From Acaryochloris marina S15 (GTDB lineage: Bacteria; Cyanobacteriota; Cyanobacteriia; Thermosynechococcales; Thermosynechococcaceae), in NCBI RefSeq assembly GCF_018336915.1, contig NZ_CP064923.1, positions 1,140,001 to 1,172,000 on the forward strand: DNA of 32,000 nt, read 5' to 3'. The notes beneath the pieces are model-generated. The model saw only the letters and a program-made list of their open reading frames with translations. It ran no database searches and was not told where the DNA came from. Shown piece after piece: positions 9,165-18,214 of the stretch (the first letter of the stretch is position 1; each line of letters starts with the position of its first letter). Position numbers and translations under genes: made by a program.

Positions 9165-10586
9165 TCAACGCTCTGAGGTTGTTGGCTGCTGGCTTTGGTG
9201 CTGTTGCAACCATAAGAAATCACTGATTTCATGCACCAGCCATTCTTTCTCTGGCAGGCTGAGCATTGTGCCAAATGTATGGCGTTGGCCTCCTTCAATT
9301 AGAGTACAGAGTTTATCAGAATTGGCAGTAGCGGCCGTTAACCTAACCCCATTTAAGGCTTTGGTGTTGCCCAGTGTTTGACCATAACGGAGACCCAGAC
9401 GGTCAATGTACCAGCAGATCTGAAACTGTTGAGGATTAATCTGTACGTGAATTCTTCCTGCTAACCCGAACAAGATTGCTGCCATCAGTAGGGTTCCACC
9501 TATGAGTAAAGGGAGTACGAACGCGAATATCATCTCAACAGGGATGGGGCCTTCAATCATTTTGAACATGCTGATAAGACCACTAGCCATGAGCGCAAAC
9601 AGAAACCCTTCAGCAAACAAGGCAAGCATTTCCATGCCGAGGACCTTGCCCCGCCAACCACTAGGAGGAATATCCACCGTGATCTGGGAGGGGATTCTCT
9701 GGATCTGAACTTTACTGCCTTTGGGCTGATGCCTTTTTCGTTGGGAGAACGATTGACGACGAACAGATCTGGGAGAGGACTGGGTTAAGGCTGCCAGCGC
9801 AGCCTGGGCTGAGGGTAAGCGATCTTCCACCGCAGGTTCGAGTAGACGATCTAACCAAGTGGCAAAATCTGGCTGAAGTTGAACGGCTTTGCGAAAATCG
9901 ATCTTCAATCGCTGTTGGGGCAAATCTGCAGGAGAACAGTGAGTCAACAGGAATAGTAGAGTTGCCCCCAAAGAATAGAGATCCGTGGCCGGGCCAGCTT
10001 TCCCCTGAAAATGTTCGGGTGCCATATAGCCATAGGTGCCTACAACGGTACTGCCTGCCATCGTAGTTTGATAGACATGTTGGACCGCTCCAAAGTCCAC
10101 CAGATAAATCTGGCCATCGTCACTGCGAATAATATTTTGGGGTTTAATATCTCGGTGAATAATCGGTGGGGTTAAGTCATGCAAATACTTCAAGATATTC
10201 AAAACCTTCACCCCTAACTGTCGGACTTCAGCTTCAGAAGCTCGCCAACCCTCCTGCACTAAGTCAGCTAGAGAGCGACCAGGTGCTAGTTCCTGGACAA
10301 TATAAAAACAGCGGTTCTGCTCCGTATCCGTTTGGAAGTAATCGATGTAATTCGGTATCCCTGGATAATCGAGCTGAGACAAGACTTGGGCTTCGCGTTC
10401 AAATAATTCCAATTGCTTCCAATGGGTCATGCCTTTCAAAGACAGTTGTTTCAAAGCACACTGCTGATGGCTATCAAGATCTTCAGCCCCATAAGTGACT
10501 CCAGACCCACCTTGCCCCAGAATCGAGACAATACGGTATCGGTCGGCAACTCGATCACCGATCTGAAGATAAAGCGGTTCGTTCAA
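9165..10586 (-). CDS. Ser/Thr protein kinase with C-terminal 2-TM + beta-rich module (array copy K1)
   Basis: Hanks motifs are all present: GQGGSGVTY, ALKQL, HRDIKPQN, DFG, GTYGYMAPE. Two hydrophobic helices lie at about aa 315-375. C-terminal conserved block INPQQF...LT...CTL...FGTMLS.PEKEWLV.EI.DFL. Confidence 0.92.
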   Translation of the reverse strand: MNEPLYLQIGDRVADRYRIVSILGQGGSGVTYGAEDLDSHQQCALKQLSLKGMTHWKQLELFEREAQVLSQLDYPGIPNYIDYFQTDTEQNRCFYIVQELAPGRSLADLVQEGWRASEAEVRQLGVKVLNILKYLHDLTPPIIHRDIKPQNIIRSDDGQIYLVDFGAVQHVYQTTMAGSTVVGTYGYMAPEHFQGKAGPATDLYSLGATLLFLLTHCSPADLPQQRLKIDFRKAVQLQPDFATWLDRLLEPAVEDRLPSAQAALAALTQSSPRSVRRQSFSQRKRHQPKGSKVQIQRIPSQITVDIPPSGWRGKVLGMEMLALFAEGFLFALMASGLISMFKMIEGPIPVEMIFAFVLPLLIGGTLLMAAILFGLAGRIHVQINPQQFQICWYIDRLGLRYGQTLGNTKALNGVRLTAATANSDKLCTLIEGGQRHTFGTMLSLPEKEWLVHEISDFLWLQQHQSQQPTTSER

Positions 10587-10691
10587 AGTTGATCTGTTTA
10601 CGAGGAAAGCTATACTCCATTCTGCCCTCTCCCAGACTCGTACCTTATGATCACGGACCTCTAGTTCAGACTGAAGTCAATGGCCACAACC

Positions 10692-10950
10692 TCACGGTTG
10701 TTGTGTTTTCAAAAAATCACCAATTTCCTGTATTAGCCACGCTTTTTCACTAGGGCGAAGCTTCGTGCCGGCACTGTTTTGTTAAGGAGTGATAGGGATA
10801 TCAAACCTAAATCTAGAAAGACTTCTAGAAGTTTTCGCTTAAAATAGCTAGAACACTCTACTGGCAAGGGGTTTCGCGGGTTTATCACTCCTTAAGAGAG
10901 CAGTGCCTCAAAAAATAGGCTGGTCATCTAAAACAAGCATCAATTCTTTT
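10692..10950 (-). pseudogene. Remnant of a fifth kinase paralog (C-terminal end only), interrupted by a MITE-like element
   Basis: The reverse strand of 10692-10769 translates to GTKLRPSEKAWLIQEIGDFLKTQQP*, compared with GTMLSPSEKGWLVEEIGDFLMSQQR* at the end of K4. The piece beyond the insert (10908 to about 10950: KELMLVLDDQPIF) is only weakly similar. No kinase domain remains. Confidence 0.75.
10770..10907. mobile_element. MITE-like non-autonomous element (~138 bp) with ~25-bp terminal inverted repeats
   Basis: The left end GGCACTGTTTTGTTAAGGAGTGATA (10770-10794) matches the reverse complement of the right end, GGCACTGCTCTCTTAAGGAGTGATA (10883-10907), at 22 of 25 positions by hand. No ORF. 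It sits inside the kinase remnant. The target-site duplication could not be resolved. Confidence 0.65.
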
Positions 10951-10959
10951 GAAGCCCAC

Positions 10960-12342
10960 TCATCGCTGCTGAGATCTTAGAAAGTCACCAACCTCTTCGA
11001 CTAACCATGCTTGTTCCCGAGGACTAAGCCACGCCCCAAAGTGATAGTGAGAATCTTTAGTCATGAGAGTGCAGATTTTAACGGGAAGACCACTACTTGC
11101 ATAGGTGGTTGTCAACTTAATTCCTGATAAATCTACAGTTTGCCCACCTTGGCCATAGCGGCACCCTGGTAAATTAACCTGCCGGAATAACCGAAAATAC
11201 TCAGGATTAATCTCCAAGTATGTGTGTCCAACAATATAAAACAAAGCCGCTATTAACAGCCCAATCCCAATTCCCCCAACAAAAAAGATAGTGAACCCAA
11301 ACATCAGTGGGGATAAGCCGGCTCTAAAAACATTTAAAAGGACAACAAAAATCATTGCATTGACAAAGACCGTAAAACAGCCTGTGAGCACAGTGTCACT
11401 TCGCCAACCAATAGGCGGTATATGAACGAAAAGGCCTGTCTTCGTCTTCTGTAATTTAACCTTGCTATCATCTGGTTGATGATGGATGGTTAGAGATTCA
11501 GGTCCATTAAGAGTGAGTTGCTGTATGGCACTTGGCTGTCTTAGCACTGCAATCGCATCCTGAGCTGTAACAAACCGATCCTCTACCGCAGGCTCCAACA
11601 TGTGATCCAGCCAATCGGCAAAATCTGGATCGAGTTGTACGACTGAGCGAAAATCAATTTTGAGCCGTTTTTGAGGTACATCAGCAGGAGAGCAATGGGT
11701 TAAGAGAAAGATTAATGTCGCTCCCAAGGAGTAGAGATCAGTTGCAGGTACCGCTTTCCCCCGAAAATGTTCAGGGGCCATATAACCATAAGTACCGACA
11801 ATGGTGCTGCCCATCATCGTATGGTGATAAACAGTTTGCACAGCACCAAAATCGACCAAATAAATCTGACCTTTGTCGCTCCGAACAAGATTTTGAGGCT
11901 TAATATCCCGATGAATAATGGCAGGCGTTAGTTCATGCAGGTACGTCAAGATCTCCAGCACTTGCAACCCTATCTGTTGCACTTCAGATTGGTTTACTCG
12001 CCAACCTTGATTGACTAATGCAGCTAAAGATTTACCAGGGGCTAGTTCTTGGACAATATAGAACCATCGATCTTCCTCCGTATCCATTTGAAAGTAGTCA
12101 ATGTACCGAGGAATGGCTGGATGATCGAGCTGCGACAAAACCTGTGCTTCTCTGTCAAATAGTTCAAGCTGTTTCCAACCCCGTATTCCTTTAAGAGACA
12201 ATGCTTTAAGGGCATACTGCTGATGAGTATGAACATCTTCAACTGCGAAGGTTATACCACTGCTCCCCTGCCCCAAAACAGATTGCGTACGATACCGTCC
12301 AGCAATGAGGTCACCAATCTGGTGTAAGGGTTGCCTAAGCAT
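10960..12342 (-). CDS. Ser/Thr protein kinase with C-terminal 2-TM + beta-rich module (array copy K2)
   Basis: Same motifs as K1 (GQGSSGITF, ALKAL, HRDIKPQN, DFG, YMAPE). The start is placed at ATG 12340-12342 (MLRQPLHQIGDLIAGRY) because all four copies then have 9 residues before the conserved GD. The ORF-track start at 12414 reads through the conserved spacer. Confidence 0.9.
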   Translation of the reverse strand: MLRQPLHQIGDLIAGRYRTQSVLGQGSSGITFAVEDVHTHQQYALKALSLKGIRGWKQLELFDREAQVLSQLDHPAIPRYIDYFQMDTEEDRWFYIVQELAPGKSLAALVNQGWRVNQSEVQQIGLQVLEILTYLHELTPAIIHRDIKPQNLVRSDKGQIYLVDFGAVQTVYHHTMMGSTIVGTYGYMAPEHFRGKAVPATDLYSLGATLIFLLTHCSPADVPQKRLKIDFRSVVQLDPDFADWLDHMLEPAVEDRFVTAQDAIAVLRQPSAIQQLTLNGPESLTIHHQPDDSKVKLQKTKTGLFVHIPPIGWRSDTVLTGCFTVFVNAMIFVVLLNVFRAGLSPLMFGFTIFFVGGIGIGLLIAALFYIVGHTYLEINPEYFRLFRQVNLPGCRYGQGGQTVDLSGIKLTTTYASSGLPVKICTLMTKDSHYHFGAWLSPREQAWLVEEVGDFLRSQQR

Positions 12343-12446
12343 GGAGTGAATGGTTAAAAACGCAATATTCCTATTGTGTCTTGACCTGAGCAATGGGGCT
12401 GTGATCGAAGGCAATCAACTGTTTAAGCGTAGCCTCCTCATGCTTG
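12343..12446 (-). repeat. Conserved inter-kinase spacer, copy 1 (K3-K2)
   Basis: Shares a ~37-nt near-identical core (ttaaaaacgcaataTtCctattgtgtcttgacct) and a looser flank with 13803-13897. On the mRNA strand it forms a weak AT-rich hairpin followed by UUUUU just before the start codon. Confidence 0.7.
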
Positions 12447-13802
12447 TTAGGGCCTCAAAAAATGACCTATTGTCTCGACTAACCAGGCTTGTTCATGGGG
12501 ACTTAGATGTGTGCCAAAACTATATTGATGGTCTGTTGTGAAAAGAGTGCAGTATTTGACTTTACTCTTAGGAGATGTTGTTAACTTAATCCCGATCAAA
12601 TCTAAAGTACGCCCTTTACGAGAACATTGTAGGCCGGGTAAATGAACCCGCCAGGACAAACGAAAATGATGAGGATCTATTTTGAGATGAGTATGCCCCG
12701 CAATAGCGAAGAAAACGGAATTGAACATCCCAATGCCAATCATCCCCCCGAGACCCGCAGCAACCCCAAAGATCAATGGGGGCATGGCAGCTTTAAAAGC
12801 TAATAAAAACACAATCAGGATGCAGACATTGACCCAAAGCTGAAGACACTCTTGTTTCAAAGTTTCCCAGTGCCAGCCAACGGGGGGAATATGAACGGTC
12901 AGCGAAGCCTCCGTCTGATGCAATTTAATGTTGCTACCCATGGGCTGGGCTGGTACTACACCACTCACAAGCGAGCGTTTTGTTGTCATGCTGGGGTGTA
13001 TTAGGGTTGCGATCGCAACCTGTGCTGAACCAAACCGATCCTCTACCGCAGGCTCCAGCATGTGATCCAGCCAATCGGCAAACCCAGGGTCAAGCCTGAC
13101 GACTGAGCGAAAATCAATTTTCAGACGTTTTCGGGGTAAATCAGCAGGAGAACAATGGGTGAGTAGAGATAGCAGTGTTGCTCCCAGAGAATAGAGGTCG
13201 GTTGCAGGAACCGCCTTTCCTTGGAAATGCTCAGGAGCCATATACCCATAGGTACCCACCACTGTACTGCCCATCATCGTATTGTGATAGACATTTTGGA
13301 CCGCCCCAAAATCGACTAAAAAGACCTGGCCCTCATCGTTACGAATGATATTTTGGGGTTTAATATCTCGATGAATAATCGGTGGCGTTAGCTCATGCAG
13401 ATATTTCAGAATGTCTAGAATCTGCAAAGCCAACTGACGGACTTCGGCTTGGCTGGCCTGCCATCCGTCTTTCATCAAATCTGTGAGGGATTTACCGGGG
13501 GCTAATTCCTGAACAATATAGAACCATCGATCTTCTGCAGTGTCTGTTTGGAAGTAGTCGATGTAATGGGGAATCGCTGGATGATCCAGCCGGGATAAAA
13601 CCTGTGCTTCGCGCTCAAACAGCTCTAACTGTTTCCAATCCTGAATTCCCTTGAGGGATAAAGCTTTGAGAGCATACTGCTGATGAGTATCAACATCTTC
13701 CACAGCGAAGGTTATGCCAGTGCTACCCTGCCCCAACACGGATTGCACGCGATACCGTTCAGCAATGAGATCGCCAATTGGGTGTGAAGTCTGCAAAAGC
13801 AT
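12447..13802 (-). CDS. Ser/Thr protein kinase with C-terminal 2-TM + beta-rich module (array copy K3)
   Basis: 451-aa ORF with all Hanks motifs intact (ALKAL, HRDIKPQN, DFG, YMAPE). C-terminal block IDPHHF...LT...CTLF...FGTHLSPHEQAWLVETIGHFL. Confidence 0.92.
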   Translation of the reverse strand: MLLQTSHPIGDLIAERYRVQSVLGQGSTGITFAVEDVDTHQQYALKALSLKGIQDWKQLELFEREAQVLSRLDHPAIPHYIDYFQTDTAEDRWFYIVQELAPGKSLTDLMKDGWQASQAEVRQLALQILDILKYLHELTPPIIHRDIKPQNIIRNDEGQVFLVDFGAVQNVYHNTMMGSTVVGTYGYMAPEHFQGKAVPATDLYSLGATLLSLLTHCSPADLPRKRLKIDFRSVVRLDPGFADWLDHMLEPAVEDRFGSAQVAIATLIHPSMTTKRSLVSGVVPAQPMGSNIKLHQTEASLTVHIPPVGWHWETLKQECLQLWVNVCILIVFLLAFKAAMPPLIFGVAAGLGGMIGIGMFNSVFFAIAGHTHLKIDPHHFRLSWRVHLPGLQCSRKGRTLDLIGIKLTTSPKSKVKYCTLFTTDHQYSFGTHLSPHEQAWLVETIGHFLRP

Positions 13803-13897
13803 GAGGCGCTAAATTAAAAACGCAATACTTCTATTGTGTCTTGACCTCAACAATAGATTGGTGATCTAGAGCAATCAGCCGTTCTTCCTCCAGCCCT
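13803..13897 (-). repeat. Conserved inter-kinase spacer, copy 2 (K4-K3)
   Basis: Homologous to 12343-12446 (core ttaaaaacgcaataCtTctattgtgtcttgacct). This shows that the duplicated unit was gene plus spacer. Confidence 0.7.
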
Positions 13898-15280
13898 TCA
13901 ACGTTGCTGAGACATCAAAAAGTCACCGATTTCCTCGACTAGCCACCCTTTTTCACTAGGGCTGAGCATAGTCCCAAATTTGTGGGTGTTAACACCTTCT
14001 AATAAGGTGCAGCCTTTCACAGGGCGATCATTACTGGTATAGGCAACCGTTAGCTTAATCCCTTCAATATCTTCAGTACGGCCACTACGACGGTATCGAA
14101 ATCCCAAAGACTTTACTTGCCAGATTAATTCAAAGGTTTGAGGATTAATCTCCAAATGGGTGCGTCCTGCCATGCCAAAGATAGTCGCTCCTGCCATACC
14201 GAGACCGACAATCCAAAACGGAATAGAAAATAAGGGGAATATAAAAGGAGCGCCAGCCGCAATTGCTCCTGCAGTCCACACAAAAATAAACCCGTTCCAA
14301 AATACTGCAAAACACCCAATCCCAGCCGTTTCTCCTCGCAATCCGATGGGGGGAATATCAACTTTTAGGTCAGTCTTGGTGCGTTTTAAGGTTACTTTAC
14401 TGCCCATCGGTTGCCGACGCAGGTCTTTGGCGCTGGGTTGAGCTATCGCTGAGGGGGGCGAACGGCGGGGAGGAGCTGTAAGCATATCAATCGCATCCTG
14501 AGCGGAAGCTAACCGATCTTCCACGGCAGGTTCCAGCATTTGATCGAGCCAATCGGCAAAGTCCGGTTTGAGCTGGACAGCAGAGCGAAAGTCAATCTTC
14601 AGCCGTTTTTGAGGCAAATCTGCAGGGGAGCTGTGGGTAAGCAAAAATAGCAATGTTGCTCCAAGGGAATATAAGTCCGTAGCAGGAACCGCTTTTCCTC
14701 GGAAATGTTCGGGAGCCATATAGCCATAGGTACCGACGACAGTACTACCCACCATCGTATTTTGATAAACATTTTGGACTGCTCCAAAATCCACCAGGTA
14801 AATCTGACCGTCTTCGCTACGGATAATATTTTGCGGCTTAATATCTCGATGAATAATCGGTGGCGTTAGCTCATGCAAGTATTTCAAAATATCTAGAATT
14901 TGCAAGGCGAACTGGCGAACTTCAGTTTGGCTTGCTCGCCATCCCTCTTTCACTAGGTCTGCTAAGGACTGACCCGGCGCTAGTTCCTGAACAATATAGA
15001 ACCACCGATTTTCTTCGGTATCAGTTTGGAAATAGTCGATGTAGTTGGGGATGGCTGGATGATCCAGTTGGGATAAAACTTTGGCTTCTCGCTCAAACAG
15101 TTCGAGCTGCTTCCAATCTCCCATTCCCTTTAGGGATAGTTCTTTGAGGGCAAATTCTTGGTGAGAATAGATGTCTTCTGCGGCATAAGTAATGCCAGCC
15201 CCTCCCTTGCCGAGCACGGAAAGGAGACGGTATCGTTCCGCGATTAAATCTCCGGCCTGGCGATGGGAATGCTCAAACAT
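13898..15280 (-). CDS. Ser/Thr protein kinase with C-terminal 2-TM + beta-rich module (array copy K4, first gene of the array)
   Basis: Motifs GKGGAGITY, ALKEL, HRDIKPQN, DFG, YMAPE. The start is placed at ATG 15278-15280 (MFEHSHRQAGDLIAERY) by alignment with K1-K3. The ORF-track extension to 15370 translates a perfect palindrome. Confidence 0.9.
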   Translation of the reverse strand: MFEHSHRQAGDLIAERYRLLSVLGKGGAGITYAAEDIYSHQEFALKELSLKGMGDWKQLELFEREAKVLSQLDHPAIPNYIDYFQTDTEENRWFYIVQELAPGQSLADLVKEGWRASQTEVRQFALQILDILKYLHELTPPIIHRDIKPQNIIRSEDGQIYLVDFGAVQNVYQNTMVGSTVVGTYGYMAPEHFRGKAVPATDLYSLGATLLFLLTHSSPADLPQKRLKIDFRSAVQLKPDFADWLDQMLEPAVEDRLASAQDAIDMLTAPPRRSPPSAIAQPSAKDLRRQPMGSKVTLKRTKTDLKVDIPPIGLRGETAGIGCFAVFWNGFIFVWTAGAIAAGAPFIFPLFSIPFWIVGLGMAGATIFGMAGRTHLEINPQTFELIWQVKSLGFRYRRSGRTEDIEGIKLTVAYTSNDRPVKGCTLLEGVNTHKFGTMLSPSEKGWLVEEIGDFLMSQQR

Positions 15281-15335
15281 AACGTTGTTAGCTGACATAA
15301 CATCAGGTTGCCCGCATAGGTGCTCTCTCTTGCAG

Positions 15336-15372
15336 AGATGGAGCTTCAACATGATGAATTGAAGCTCCATCT
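15336..15372. promoter_or_regulatory. Perfect 14-bp inverted repeat upstream of the kinase array
   Basis: agatggagcttcaa (15336-15349) / ttgaagctccatct (15359-15372) with a 9-nt loop. It begins 56 nt upstream of the proposed K4 start, in the K4/pheT divergent region. Its function is unknown (operator or 5'-UTR hairpin). Confidence 0.4.
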
Positions 15373-15772
15373 ATTGCTGATTCTTCATACCTATAAATTC
15401 TGCTTCTTGCACCTATAAATTTAGAAGTTGAGGTTTTCTCATTCAGATAAATTGAGACAAGAATCACATCTCAACAGAGGTTAGCCCATTGACCTTCGCA
15501 ACATCGGCTTCGCCTTATCATCGGAAGTTAGAGAGTCAGCATCACAAGGTACTCCTTACCAAGAACTATGCCCTGAGATAGAAGAATGTTTGCACTCTGT
15601 GATTCGATTACCGCACAATAGAGACTGTGACAAAACGTCATGCTGATGAAATCTCTACGATGTTGATTTCAATCAGCTTATTTTTTTGCTCCGCAGTCGA
15701 TCATCACAGTTCATACACTTGACTGGGCCTTGATCTGAACTACCTCAATCTTATCCAAATAGCACCAAATCT

Positions 15773-18214
15773 ATGCGTATCTCTCTCAATTGGCTTAAGG
15801 ATCTAGTCGATATCGATCTGTCACCCGAAGACCTGGCAGAACAACTGACTCTAGCTGGTTTTGAAGTCGAGGATATTGAAGATTTACGCACTTGGGCGGA
15901 TGGCGTTGTGGTGGGAAAAGTTCTAACCTGTGAGTCCCATCCCAATGCTGATAAACTGCGGGTTTGCACCGTTGATATTGGTGAAGCAGAACCATCTCAA
16001 ATTGTCTGTGGTGCCCCCAACGTCAAGGCCGGACTGTTCGTTCCCGTTGCTACCTTGGGCACCTACTTACCCACACCTGACTTAAAAATTAAAAAAGCCA
16101 AACTCCGAGGCGTCCCCTCTGCGGGCATGATTTGCTCTCTTACCGAACTGGGTTTAGAAAGCGAGATTGACGGTATCCATAGCTTTGATGCGGATGGCGT
16201 AGCAGTTGGAGGGGATGTTCGTCCCCTCTTAGGACTGGATGACGTCATCTTAGATCTGACCTCCACTGCTAACCGTGCCGATGCCCTGAGCATGGTCGGG
16301 GTCGCCCGTGAAGTTACGGCGCTGACAGGAGCACAGCTGAAACTACCGACCACGCCCAAACTAGATATTCCGTCGGGCAAAGACATCAAAGTGGAATTGC
16401 CTGACTCTGAAGCCTGCCCTGCCTATATCGCCACTGTTCTAGAAGGCATCACCATCGCCCCTTCTCCAGACTGGCTGCAGCAACGACTGATTGCCGCTGG
16501 CACTCGCCCCATTAATAATGTGGTGGATATTACCAACTATATTTTGCTGGAGTGGGGACAGCCCCTCCATGCCTTTGATGCTGATGCCCTCGACGCTTTA
16601 GGGAAGAAACAGCCCCTAACTTTGAGTGTACGTCTAGCTAAAGCAGGTGAAACGCTTACGACCCTGGATAGCCAAAAGCGTGAGCTGCAAGAACAAACCC
16701 TGGTGATTACCGCTAATGATCAGCCTGTGGCATTAGGGGGCGTTATGGGAGGAGAAGATACGGAAGTTAAAGACACTAGCACCCGCTTGGTTCTTGAAGC
16801 TGCCCTATTCAACTCTCTGGTTATTCGGCGCTCAGCTCGTAGTCAAGGCTTGCGAAGTGAAGCCTCTGCTCGCTATGAACGTGGGGTGAATGAATCTCAG
16901 CTAGAAACCGCCTGCTTACATGCCCTGCAATTATTGGTAGATCTGACAGGAGCCAAGGTGGTGGCCCAACAGCGAGCCGACCATCGCAAATCCCTAGAAC
17001 GGTCGATTGAGCTGCGTCTGGATCGAGTCAATCATGTGTTGGGTAAAGTCAAAGGCAAGCAAGGTGAACCTACCGACTTAACGGACAAGGACATTCTACC
17101 AATCCTCAAATCCCTTAGTTTTGATACCACCCCGACCGATCGATCTGAGACTTGGACTGTCACAGTGCCGCCTCATCGTCATAGTGATATCGAACGGGAA
17201 ATCGACTTGGTGGAGGAAATTGCTCGACTGTATGGCTACGACAATTTCTGTGAAACCTTACCTGCTAAAACCGAGTTAGGAAGCCTATCCAGCCAGGATA
17301 CTTTGGCCCGTAAACTTAGAGAAGCCTTCCGAGCGGTGGGTCTCACGGAGTTGATCCATTATTCCTGGGTAAAGCCTGAAGGTGACGAGCAGGTGGTGGT
17401 GGTAAATCCATTGCTAGTAGAGTTCTCCGCTCTGCGCACAGAAATGCTCACTAGCCTGCTCAATGCCTGCCAGCGGAATTGGGAACAGGGTAATGGAGCC
17501 TTAAATGGCTTTGAAGTCGGTCAAGTGTTCTGGAAAGACGGCGAAAAGCTGAAAGAAGCTCGGGCCATTGCAGGCATTCTGGGGGGTGACCCTGCCCAAG
17601 GCAAATGGATGCGCACCGCAAATCAGGACTATGCCATGACTTGGTTCGAAGCCAAGGGCTTACTGGAGCGAGTGCTGAACCAGTTGGGATTGTCTGTGAC
17701 ATTTCAGTCAGATTGCCCTGATGAACGGTTACATCCTGGGCGAACAGCCGCCCTGCTCTCCCAGGGAGCGAAGTTAGGCTATTTTGGCCAAATTCATCCT
17801 CAGGTGCAGCAGGACCGGGATTTGCCAACAGTCTATGTGTTTGAGCTGAATTTAGATCTGCTGCTAGAACAACTCGCCCGACTGCAAACCAAGTCAACCC
17901 TGTTCTCCACCTATTCTACCTATCCAGCCGCCGATCGGGATTTGGCTTTCTTTATCCCCACGGATATCACCGTTGCGGAAATCGAAAAGGTGATTCGCAA
18001 GGCGGCAGGTGGCCGCAAGCAATCTCTGCTCACGGCCATTGAGCTATTTGATGAATATCAGGGGGAGCATGTGCCAGACGGGCAGCGGAGCTTGGCGTTT
18101 CGATTGCTGTATCAGGCCTGCGATCGCACCCTCACAGACGAAGAGGTCAACCCCATCCACCAAAAGGTACGTGACGCCCTCGAAAAACAGTTCAAGGTTA
18201 GCCTCAGAAGCTAA
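15773..18214 (+). CDS. pheT: Phenylalanine--tRNA ligase beta subunit
   Basis: 813-aa ORF. The canonical N-terminus [33 protein letters not shown], the tRNA-binding, B3/4 and B5 regions, and the length are all typical of PheT. Confidence 0.95.
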   Translation: MRISLNWLKDLVDIDLSPEDLAEQLTLAGFEVEDIEDLRTWADGVVVGKVLTCESHPNADKLRVCTVDIGEAEPSQIVCGAPNVKAGLFVPVATLGTYLPTPDLKIKKAKLRGVPSAGMICSLTELGLESEIDGIHSFDADGVAVGGDVRPLLGLDDVILDLTSTANRADALSMVGVAREVTALTGAQLKLPTTPKLDIPSGKDIKVELPDSEACPAYIATVLEGITIAPSPDWLQQRLIAAGTRPINNVVDITNYILLEWGQPLHAFDADALDALGKKQPLTLSVRLAKAGETLTTLDSQKRELQEQTLVITANDQPVALGGVMGGEDTEVKDTSTRLVLEAALFNSLVIRRSARSQGLRSEASARYERGVNESQLETACLHALQLLVDLTGAKVVAQQRADHRKSLERSIELRLDRVNHVLGKVKGKQGEPTDLTDKDILPILKSLSFDTTPTDRSETWTVTVPPHRHSDIEREIDLVEEIARLYGYDNFCETLPAKTELGSLSSQDTLARKLREAFRAVGLTELIHYSWVKPEGDEQVVVVNPLLVEFSALRTEMLTSLLNACQRNWEQGNGALNGFEVGQVFWKDGEKLKEARAIAGILGGDPAQGKWMRTANQDYAMTWFEAKGLLERVLNQLGLSVTFQSDCPDERLHPGRTAALLSQGAKLGYFGQIHPQVQQDRDLPTVYVFELNLDLLLEQLARLQTKSTLFSTYSTYPAADRDLAFFIPTDITVAEIEKVIRKAAGGRKQSLLTAIELFDEYQGEHVPDGQRSLAFRLLYQACDRTLTDEEVNPIHQKVRDALEKQFKVSLRS

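Noticed and set aside
9025-9213. 62-aa minus-strand ORF bridging K1 and the GTPase
   Set aside because: It overlaps the ends of both real genes out of frame. It has no motif and is too short to support.
12042-12242. Alternative-frame and antisense small ORFs within the kinase genes (for example 12042-12242, 11715-11903, 14125-14361, 14599-14787)
   Set aside because: They are nested in strongly supported kinase frames and have no independent evidence.
12343-12414. N-terminal extension of K2 (MPSITAPLLRSRHNRNIAFLTIHS)
   Set aside because: It is a translation of the conserved non-coding spacer. Alignment with K1, K3 and K4 places the start at 12342.
15281-15370. N-terminal extension of K4 (MELQFIMLKLHLCKREHLCGQPDVMSANNV)
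   Set aside because: The first 12 codons are a perfect DNA palindrome read as protein. The paralog alignment supports the ATG at 15280.
13017-18119. HIP1-free stretch over K4 and pheT as evidence that the kinase array is foreign
   Set aside because: The core gene pheT lacks HIP1 over the same stretch, so the gap is within normal fluctuation. It is not usable as evidence for horizontal transfer on its own.
18211-18214. 4-nt convergent overlap of pheT with the cyclase gene, and 7-nt overlap at 22253-22259
   Set aside because: Short convergent overlaps of stop regions are common and there is no associated structure. I consider them unremarkable.
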